From a virus (taxonomy: Duplodnaviria; Heunggongvirae; Uroviricota; Caudoviricetes), in IMG/VR virus record IMGVR_UViG_2606217118_000007, positions 1 to 13,028 of that record: 13,028 nucleotides of DNA, one strand, 5' to 3'. Position numbers and translations under genes: made by a program. Positions 1 through 6,400 of the stretch are shown piece after piece. How positions within the stretch are numbered: position 1 is the first letter of the stretch; every line of letters begins with the position of its first letter. The notes beneath the pieces were generated by a model that was not told the origin of the DNA, did no database searches, and saw only the letters and a program-made list of their open reading frames with translations.

Positions 1-606
1 ATGAATAGTCTGCTGCCACCGGGTTCAACTTCACTGGAGCGCCGACTGGCGCAGACCTGTAGCGGGATTTCTGATCTGCAGGTGCCGCTGCGTGACTTGT
101 GGAATCCGGCGACCTGTCCGGTCAGTTTCCTTCCTTATCTCGCCTGGGCGTTCTCTGTGGATCGCTGGGACGAGGGCTGGACAGAAAGCGTCAAGCGCCA
201 GGTGGTGAAGGATGCTTTTTATATTCATCAGCATAAAGGGACCACCAGTGCCGTGCGGCGGGTGGTGGAGCCGTTCGGCTTTCTGATCCGCATTATTGAG
301 TGGTGGCAGACCGGAGAAACACCGGGCACGTTTCGCCTGGATATCGGCGTGCAGGACCAGGGCATCACTGAAGATACCTATCTGGAACTTGAGCGGCTGA
401 TAAGCGATGCCAAACCATGTAGCCGCCATCTGATCGGCATGTCCATCAATCTGCAGACCAGCGGCCCGCATTGGGTGGGGGCTGCCAGCTATCTTGGCGA
501 AGAAATCACGATCTATCCGTATATCAACGAAACAATTATTTCCGGCGGCACCGCGCATGAAGGCGGGGCGGTCCATGTTATTGACACAATGAGAGTGAAT
601 CCATGA
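1..606 (+). CDS. P2-type baseplate assembly protein I (gpI-like); may start at or before the window edge
   Basis: 201-aa ORF with motifs recalled from the phage tail protein I family (LPYLAWAFSVDRWD, HKGT, RVVEPFGFL). Its stop overlaps the tail fiber start (ATGA at 603-606), the usual gene order upstream of H. Confidence 0.7.
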   Translation: MNSLLPPGSTSLERRLAQTCSGISDLQVPLRDLWNPATCPVSFLPYLAWAFSVDRWDEGWTESVKRQVVKDAFYIHQHKGTTSAVRRVVEPFGFLIRIIEWWQTGETPGTFRLDIGVQDQGITEDTYLELERLISDAKPCSRHLIGMSINLQTSGPHWVGAASYLGEEITIYPYINETIISGGTAHEGGAVHVIDTMRVNP

Positions 607-2108
607 GCACAAAATTTTATACCCTGCTGACGGATATTGGCGCGGCGAAACTTGCCAGCGCCGCCGCGCTCGGTGTGCCGCTAAAAATTACCCATATGGC
701 GGTGGGCGATGGCGGTGGAGTATTACCAACGCCGGACGCAAAGCAGACGGCACTGGTAAATGAGAAACGCCGGGCTGCGCTGAATATGCTTTATATCGAC
801 CCGCAGAACAGCAGCCAGATTATTGCCGAACAGGTGATCCCTGAAAACGAGGGCGGTTGGTGGATACGTGAAGTGGGCTTGTTTGATGAGTCCGGGGCAT
901 TGATTGCCGTGGGCAACTGCCCGGAAAGCTATAAGCCGCAACTGGCTGAAGGTAGCGGGCGCACTCAGACCGTGCGCATGGTGCTGATTACCAGCAGCAC
1001 GGACAATATCACCCTGAAAATCGACCCTGCTGTAGTGCTGGCAACCCGCAAGTATGTGGATGACAAGGCACTGGAGCTGAAGGTGTACGTGGATGATCAG
1101 ATGGCAAAACATCTTGCCGCACCGGACCCGCATTCACAGTACGCGCCAAAAGCCAGCCCGACATTTACCGGAACCCCCAAAGCGCCAACGCCAGCGGCGG
1201 GGAATAATACCACGCAGGTTGCGACCACTGCGTTTGTACAGGCGGCACTGACGGCCCTTATTAATGGTGCGCCAGCCACGCTGGACACGCTGAAAGAAAT
1301 AGCCGCAGCCATTAACAATGATCCGAATTTCAGTACCACCATTAACAATGCGCTGGCACTAAAAGCACCGTTGTCGAGTCCGGCACTCACCGGAACGCCA
1401 ACAGCCCCCACGGCGGCACAGTCGGTCAACAATACACAGATTGCCACTACGGCTTTTGTGAAATCAGCGATTGCAGCAATGGTGGGTTCTGCACCCGCGG
1501 CACTGGATACACTGAACGAACTGGCGGCGGCACTGGGGAATGATCCGAACTTTGCCACGACAATGCTTAATGCGCTGGCAGGTAAACAACCGCTGGACAA
1601 TACGCTTACCAATTTGAGTGGGAAGGATGTTGCCGGTCTTCTTGCATACCTTGGTTTGGGAGAAGGTGCTCCAGCTATTGGCGTTCCGTTCTTCTGGCCG
1701 TCCGCTGCAATGCCAAATACTGTAATCGACAGCTGGTCCAGTATGGTGTTTTTGAAGTTCAACGGGGCGAAATTTTCTGCCTCTGATTACCCTGTGCTGG
1801 CAAAAGTGTTTCCTTCGCTGGTATTACCTGAAGCCCGCGGTGATTTCATTCGTATCTGGGATGACGGGCGAGGTGCAGATGGTGGTCGCGAATTATTAAG
1901 CTGGCAGGCAGCAACATCTTTATCGCAATTTGGCGGTAATTATCCAGAAGGGTCCGGCCATGCGATTAATAGTCATGATGGAATTACAGGTAATCAGCCT
2001 GGCTTTTCAAGATTTCAGTTCACCAGTTCTGCTGTAGGGGATGGTGTGAATTTTATTGCCGTCAGACCGCGAAATATTGCATTTAACTTTCTGGTGAGGG
2101 CTAAATAA
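603..2108 (+). CDS. Tail fiber protein (gpH-like), constant N-terminal region plus currently expressed variable C-terminus
   Basis: 501-aa ORF with a P2 H-like N-terminus (MSTKFYTLLTDIGAAKLA), tandem tail-fiber repeats mid-protein, and a C-terminal region of lower GC. The invertase crossover site lies in-frame at codons for LGLGE. Confidence 0.85.
   Translation: MSTKFYTLLTDIGAAKLASAAALGVPLKITHMAVGDGGGVLPTPDAKQTALVNEKRRAALNMLYIDPQNSSQIIAEQVIPENEGGWWIREVGLFDESGALIAVGNCPESYKPQLAEGSGRTQTVRMVLITSSTDNITLKIDPAVVLATRKYVDDKALELKVYVDDQMAKHLAAPDPHSQYAPKASPTFTGTPKAPTPAAGNNTTQVATTAFVQAALTALINGAPATLDTLKEIAAAINNDPNFSTTINNALALKAPLSSPALTGTPTAPTAAQSVNNTQIATTAFVKSAIAAMVGSAPAALDTLNELAAALGNDPNFATTMLNALAGKQPLDNTLTNLSGKDVAGLLAYLGLGEGAPAIGVPFFWPSAAMPNTVIDSWSSMVFLKFNGAKFSASDYPVLAKVFPSLVLPEARGDFIRIWDDGRGADGGRELLSWQAATSLSQFGGNYPEGSGHAINSHDGITGNQPGFSRFQFTSSAVGDGVNFIAVRPRNIAFNFLVRAK
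1158..1592 (+). repeat. Tandem intragenic repeat of about 215 bp (x2) inside the tail fiber gene
   Basis: Two consecutive units of about 71 aa with the same pattern: P(T/A)(F/L)TGTP.AP...NNTQ(V/I)ATTAFV....GAPA.LDTL.E(I/L)AAA..NDPNF.TT..NALA.K.P. Confidence 0.7.
1639..1664. repeat. Left crossover site for the DNA invertase (gix/hix-like 26-bp site) inside the tail fiber gene
   Basis: ttcttgcatacc-tt-ggtttgggagaa has imperfect internal dyad symmetry. Its right half (ttggtttgggagaa) is an exact inverted copy of 3422-3435. Confidence 0.7.
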
Positions 2109-2701
2109 TGAAACCTGTTTTTGATGAAAATGGGCTGGCTACAGTGCCGGGCGATATGCGTTGTTTTTATTATGATGCTGAAACATCTGAGTATACGGGC
2201 TGGTCTGATGAATATATTAATACTGGCGTAAGTATGCCCGCCTGTTCCACTGGTATTGATCCTGGCGAAAACATTCCGGGAAGAGTGGCAGTATTTACAG
2301 GTAAGGGATGGAGCCATGAAGAAGACCACCGCAATGAGACTGTTTACTCAATCGAAAATGGCGCAGCTGTTACAGTGGATTATATCGGTGCCATCAAAGA
2401 CGGTTATGTCACGCTTTCACCGTTAACGCCATACGATAAATGGGATGGTGAGAAATGGGTGACAGATACTGAGGCACAGCATAGCGCCGCAGTAGATGCA
2501 GCAGAAGCACAGCGCCAGTCGCTGATTGATACTGCAATGGCTTCCATCAGTCTGATTCAACTGAAATTGCAGGCCGGACGTAAACTGACGCAGGCAGAAA
2601 CCACCCGACTTAACGCTGTGCTGGATTACATTGACGCGGTGACGGCAACAGATACCAGCACCGCGCCGGATGTCATCTGGCCTGAACTGCCGGAGGCGTA
2701 G
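2108..2701 (+). CDS. Tail fiber assembly protein (gpG/Tfa-like chaperone), currently expressed cassette
   Basis: 197-aa ORF starting 1 nt inside the H stop (TAATG). Its C-terminus ([24 protein letters not shown]) resembles the C-terminus of the reverse-strand paralog. Confidence 0.8.
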   Translation: MKPVFDENGLATVPGDMRCFYYDAETSEYTGWSDEYINTGVSMPACSTGIDPGENIPGRVAVFTGKGWSHEEDHRNETVYSIENGAAVTVDYIGAIKDGYVTLSPLTPYDKWDGEKWVTDTEAQHSAAVDAAEAQRQSLIDTAMASISLIQLKLQAGRKLTQAETTRLNAVLDYIDAVTATDTSTAPDVIWPELPEA

Positions 2702-3131
2702 GCCATTCAATATCTGGCGCACTGGAGGTATCAACCAGTTCCAGTGCGTTCAGATAATCCAGCCACAAATTATATTGCGCCAGTTCCTCACCATTCAGAC
2801 GACCAATAGCCGCTTTACCAGGCCATTGTTTACTGTTCATGTATTCGTTGGCATGGTTAATCAATAATTGCCTCTCTGATTCGGCCTGTTCAATAAGTTC
2901 CTCATGTGATGGTGGAGGTATTTCAACCCATGCAGGATTGCCATAACCGTCCGACCCTCTGATTTTTCCAGTCGGCGGGAATCCTAAAAACTCGGTTGCA
3001 TCCTCCTCGCTAATATCAGTGAATGTGGCGATTTCATCTTCGCTCAATTTATAATCGGAAATTGACGCGGCAGGATAGAATAATGCATTCTTTGGATCAA
3101 ATTTATACATTTCAATCACCCCGCTATCCAT
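2673..3131 (-). CDS. Alternative tail fiber assembly protein (Tfa'), silent-orientation cassette
   Basis: 152-aa ORF convergent with and overlapping tfa by 29 bp. Its C-terminus ([26 protein letters not shown]) parallels that of the forward Tfa, and it follows the alternative fiber C-terminus. Confidence 0.75.
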   Translation of the reverse strand: MDSGVIEMYKFDPKNALFYPAASISDYKLSEDEIATFTDISEEDATEFLGFPPTGKIRGSDGYGNPAWVEIPPPSHEELIEQAESERQLLINHANEYMNSKQWPGKAAIGRLNGEELAQYNLWLDYLNALELVDTSSAPDIEWPTPPAVQAR

Positions 3132-3434
3132 CTGTATGCGACTGGCATACTTCCAACCTGTGAAACAGAAAACCCCTGCCTCGATTTTCGCAACACATTT
3201 ACGGCCCCTTTATTTGCTCCTGTATCTGCTGCACAAACGATAACTTCGAAATCGTCATACGGAAATGGTATCGGGAATAAAATGTTAGTTTGACTTGATG
3301 TCATAGCAAATCCCCGCTGTATTATTCTCCCCGACGGGTCTCTATTCCATCCTGTCCCAGATGTCCATTCTGACATACTAGGTATCTGATTTTCCCCTGT
3401 TCCCACATTCCGTTTTGCCGCTTCTCCCAAACCA
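3116..3434 (-). CDS. Alternative tail-fiber C-terminal cassette (Hv'), promoterless and without its own start in this orientation
   Basis: The reverse-strand frame passes through the right crossover site in the same frame as H (NVGLGE versus YLGLGE), so inversion would fuse H codons 1 to about 354 to this roughly 106-aa tail. The tracked ORF 3116-3475 runs past the site into non-coding DNA. Confidence 0.65.
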
Positions 3435-3447
3435 ACGTTTATGAAAA
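3422..3447. repeat. Right crossover site for the DNA invertase (gix/hix-like)
   Basis: ttctcccaaacc-aa-cgtttatgaaaa is the inverted counterpart of 1639-1664 and lies about 55 bp upstream of the invertase start. Confidence 0.7.
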
Positions 3448-3502
3448 TGCAGAGATAACGGCTAACTGGCATCATCTCCGGTTTTTATTCAGGGGGATGA
3501 TC

Positions 3503-4069
3503 ATGCTTATTGGCTATGTACGCGTGTCAACAAATGACCAGAACACCGATTTGCAACGCAATGCACTGAACTGTGCGGGATGTGAGCGGATTTTTGAGGA
3601 TAAAATCAGTGGCACCAAGTCCGACAGACCGGGGCTGAAAAAGCTGCTCAGGACACTATCGGCAGGAGACACGCTGGTTGTCTGGAAGCTGGACAGACTG
3701 GGGCGCAGTATGCGGCATCTTGTTACGCTGATAGAAGAGCTGCGCCAGCGTGGCGTGAATTTCCGAAGCCTGACTGACAGTATTGATACCAGCACCCCAA
3801 TGGGCCGTTTCTTTTTTCATGTCATGGGTGCCCTGGCTGAAATGGAACGCGAACTGATAGTTGAACGTACCAGGGCGGGGCTGGCTGCAGCTCGTGCTAA
3901 AGGCAGAGTAGGTGGACGCCGTCCTAAGTTGACCAGCGAACAGTGGGCACAGATTGGGCGTTTACTCGAGGCCGGAGAATCAAGACAGCGTATTGCACTG
4001 ATTTTTGATGTAGGCGTTTCTACCATTTATCGAAAATTTCCGGCAAATAAGAACAATAAATCTCCCTGA
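3503..4069 (+). CDS. Serine-recombinase DNA invertase (Gin/Hin/Pin/Cin family)
   Basis: The N-terminus MLIGYVRVSTNDQ carries the catalytic Ser of the resolvase/invertase family, with a C-terminal HTH-like region (SRQRIALIFDVGVSTIYRKF). The GGGGGA ribosome-binding site is spaced for the ATG at 3503 rather than the ORF-track start at 3497. Confidence 0.85.
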   Translation: MLIGYVRVSTNDQNTDLQRNALNCAGCERIFEDKISGTKSDRPGLKKLLRTLSAGDTLVVWKLDRLGRSMRHLVTLIEELRQRGVNFRSLTDSIDTSTPMGRFFFHVMGALAEMERELIVERTRAGLAAARAKGRVGGRRPKLTSEQWAQIGRLLEAGESRQRIALIFDVGVSTIYRKFPANKNNKSP

Positions 4070-4117
4070 ATCAGCTTTATTTTGATTATCCCTGAAAGCA
4101 GACAAATACCGTCATTT

Positions 4118-4135
4118 TGTGTGAATAACGGTACA
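4118..4135 (+). promoter_or_regulatory. Putative Ogr-dependent late promoter element (TGT-N12-ACA) upstream of the sheath operon
   Basis: tgt-gtgaataacggt-aca lies about 80-95 bp upstream of the FI start codon, matching the P2 late-promoter activator dyad. This short motif could occur by chance. Confidence 0.45.
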
Positions 4136-4211
4136 ACTGCGCTTAGCTGTTTGTCAGGCACAATCACTTCAACATAGGGCGAAGCCTAATCCAATCAGGA
4201 GGTTCGCCACT

Positions 4212-5384
4212 ATGGCTCAGGATTACCACCACGGGGTGCGCGTTGTTGAAGTCAACGAAGGCACCCGATCCATTACCACGGTGAGCACCGCCATCGTGGG
4301 TATGGTCTGCACGGGCGATGATGCCGATGCAAAAATGTTTCCTCTTAATAAACCCGTGCTGATCACTGATGTGCTGACTGCCAGCGGTAAAGCGGGTGAG
4401 TCAGGCACGCTGGCTCGTTCGCTGGATGCCATCGCTGACCAGGCAAAACCCGTGACCGTTGTTGTGCGTGTGCCGCAGGGTGAAACGGAAGAAGAAACCA
4501 CGACCAATATCATCGGAGCAGTGACCGCTGAAGGTAAAAAAACAGGCATGAAAGCCCTGTTATCTGCCCAGTCACAGCTCGGCGTTAAACCGCGCATTCT
4601 CGGCGTGCCAGGTCACGACACGAAGGCGGTAGCTACTGAGTTGCTGAGCGTGGCGCAAAGCCTGCGTGGATTTGCTTACCTGTCAGCGTATGGTTGCAAG
4701 ACAGTGCAGGAAGCAATCACTTACCGTGAAAACTTCAGTCAGCGTGAAGGAATGCTGATCTGGCCCGACTTTACTGGCTGGGACACGGTGCTGAATGCCG
4801 AAGCAACGGCTTATGCCACCGCCCGTGCGCTTGGTCTGCGCGCCAAAATTGACGAGCAGACCGGATGGCACAAAAGCCTGTCCAACGTGGGCGTTAACGG
4901 TGTCACCGGAATTTCTGCTGATGTGTTCTGGGATCTGCAGGACCCGGCAACCGATGCGGGACTGCTGAACCAGAACGACGTCACCACCCTTATCCGCAAA
5001 GACGGTTTTCGCTTCTGGGGTTCCCGCTGCCTGAGTGATGACCCGCTCTTTGCCTTCGAAAACTACACCCGCACGGCGCAGGTGCTGACGGACACGATGG
5101 CAGAAGCGCACATGTGGGCGGTGGATAAACCGCTGAATCCGTCGCTGGCCCGCGACATTATCGAGGGTATCCGCGCCAAAATGCGCAGCCTGGTCAGTCA
5201 GGGCTATCTCATTGGTGGTGATTGCTGGCTGGATGAGTCGGTGAACGACAAAGACACGCTGAAAGCCGGAAAACTCACCATCGACTACGACTACACGCCA
5301 GTGCCGCCACTTGAAAACCTGATGCTGCGTCAGCGCATCACCGATCAGTACCTGGTGAATTTCTCCAGCCAGGTCAGCGCGTAA
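4212..5384 (+). CDS. Contractile tail sheath protein (gpFI-like)
   Basis: 390-aa ORF with a strong ribosome-binding site (AGGAGG) and a P2 FI-like N-terminus ([17 protein letters not shown]), in the conserved position before the tube gene. Confidence 0.85.
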   Translation: MAQDYHHGVRVVEVNEGTRSITTVSTAIVGMVCTGDDADAKMFPLNKPVLITDVLTASGKAGESGTLARSLDAIADQAKPVTVVVRVPQGETEEETTTNIIGAVTAEGKKTGMKALLSAQSQLGVKPRILGVPGHDTKAVATELLSVAQSLRGFAYLSAYGCKTVQEAITYRENFSQREGMLIWPDFTGWDTVLNAEATAYATARALGLRAKIDEQTGWHKSLSNVGVNGVTGISADVFWDLQDPATDAGLLNQNDVTTLIRKDGFRFWGSRCLSDDPLFAFENYTRTAQVLTDTMAEAHMWAVDKPLNPSLARDIIEGIRAKMRSLVSQGYLIGGDCWLDESVNDKDTLKAGKLTIDYDYTPVPPLENLMLRQRITDQYLVNFSSQVSA

Positions 5385-5393
5385 GGGGACAAC

Positions 5394-5909
5394 ATGGCTT
5401 TACCACGCAAATTAAAACACCTGAACCTGTTTAATGACGGGAACAACTGGCAGGGGATCGTTGAGTCGCTGACGCTGCCGAAATTTACCCGCAAATATGA
5501 GAAGTATCGCGGCGGCGGAATGCCGGGTGCAGTGGATGTGGATCTGGGGCTGGATGACGGCGCACTGGATACGGAATTTTCCATTGGTGGTACTGAACTG
5601 CTGCTGTTTAAGCAGATGGGCAAAGCCACGGTGGATGGTATCCAGTTGCGCTTTACCGGCTCTATCCAGCGTGACGATACCGGGGAAGTGCAGGCCGTGG
5701 AGCTTGTGGTGCGTGGACGTCACAAAGAAGTGGATTCCGGCGAGTGGAAGACGGGCGAAAGCAACACCACCAAAGTGACCAGTACCAACAGCTACGCGAA
5801 GCTGACTATAAATGGTGAGGTGCTCTATGAAGTGGACCTTATCAACATGGTGGAAATTGTGGACGGTGTGGACCTGATGGAAGCGCACCGCAACGCCCTC
5901 GGCCTCTGA
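5394..5909 (+). CDS. Tail tube protein (gpFII-like)
   Basis: 171-aa ORF immediately after the sheath gene with ribosome-binding site AAGGGGA, the size and position typical of P2 FII. Confidence 0.8.
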   Translation: MALPRKLKHLNLFNDGNNWQGIVESLTLPKFTRKYEKYRGGGMPGAVDVDLGLDDGALDTEFSIGGTELLLFKQMGKATVDGIQLRFTGSIQRDDTGEVQAVELVVRGRHKEVDSGEWKTGESNTTKVTSTNSYAKLTINGEVLYEVDLINMVEIVDGVDLMEAHRNALGL

Positions 5910-5920
5910 TGTATCTGAAC

Positions 5921-5938
5921 GGCGCGGGATACCGCGCC
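5921..5938 (+). promoter_or_regulatory. GC-rich stem-loop in the FII-E intergenic region (possible attenuator or mRNA-stability element)
   Basis: Perfect 7-bp stem ggcgcgg/ccgcgcc with loop gata, but not followed by a T-run. Confidence 0.3.
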
Positions 5939-5963
5939 AGAACCCAATTTACAGGACAGCAAA

Positions 5964-6266
5964 ATGAGCGATAAGCAGACTGAAAAGACTATTCAACTGG
6001 ATACCCCCATCAAGCGCGGTAAAACAGAAATCACCGAAATTGTGCTGCGTAAACCGCAGTCCGGTGCGCTGCGCGGTACACGCCTGCAGGCCATTATGGA
6101 TATGGATGTGAACGCGATGATGACCGTGATCCCCCGCATCTCCAGTCCGGCACTGACTGCACAGGAAATTGCAGAGATGGACCCGGCAGATCTCACTGCC
6201 ATGTCGGTTGAGGTTGTCACTTTTTTGTTGAAGAAGTCGGTGCTTGCCGGTTTACCGACAGCCTGA
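5964..6266 (+). CDS. Tail assembly chaperone gpE (zero-frame product)
   Basis: 100-aa ORF between the tube and tape measure genes, containing the slippery heptamer near its 3' end. Confidence 0.75.
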   Translation: MSDKQTEKTIQLDTPIKRGKTEITEIVLRKPQSGALRGTRLQAIMDMDVNAMMTVIPRISSPALTAQEIAEMDPADLTAMSVEVVTFLLKKSVLAGLPTA

Positions 6267-6400
6267 CGGTTGACGATCTGGTGGCTGATATCGCCACCAT
6301 CTTTCACTGGCCGCCATCCGTTACTGACGTTATGCCGCTGACCGAAGTGCTGGAATGGCGGTATAAAGCGATTCAGAGAAGCGGGGCCAACGATGAGTGA
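5964..6400 (+). CDS. Tail assembly chaperone gpE+E' made by programmed -1 ribosomal frameshift at T_TTT_TTG (6221-6227)
   Basis: The heptamer t ttt ttg sits in the zero frame of E. The -1 frame is open from 6227 to a TGA at 6398-6400, which overlaps the start of the tape measure gene, as in P2 E/E'. Confidence 0.7.

Larger units (their letters stand above)
1653..3434. other. Invertible DNA segment (about 1.8 kb, Mu G / P1 C / e14 P-type) carrying two alternative tail-fiber C-terminus plus assembly-chaperone cassettes
   Basis: Bounded by 14-bp perfect inverted repeats within 26-bp sites. Contains convergent tfa genes and a promoterless reverse-strand fiber C-terminus. A serine invertase gene lies immediately outside the right site. 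Confidence 0.75.

Noticed and set aside
1097-1762. 221-aa minus-strand ORF inside the tail fiber gene
   Set aside because: Antisense to the repeat region of H, with Ala/Gly/Val-rich low complexity mirroring the sense repeats. Not an independent gene.
3435-3475. Upstream part of minus-strand ORF 3116-3475 ([13 protein letters not shown]...)
   Set aside because: This part lies outside the invertible segment, between the crossover site and the invertase gene. The ORF is a promoterless C-terminal cassette, not a gene with its own start.
3497-3502. Alternative invertase start (MIM...) given in the ORF track
   Set aside because: The GGGGGA ribosome-binding site abuts this ATG with no spacer. The ATG at 3503 gives the canonical MLIGYVRVS N-terminus with a 6-nt spacer.
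5412-5888. 158-aa minus-strand ORF overlapping the tail tube gene
   Set aside because: Antisense to FII, which has a proper ribosome-binding site and operon context; spurious.
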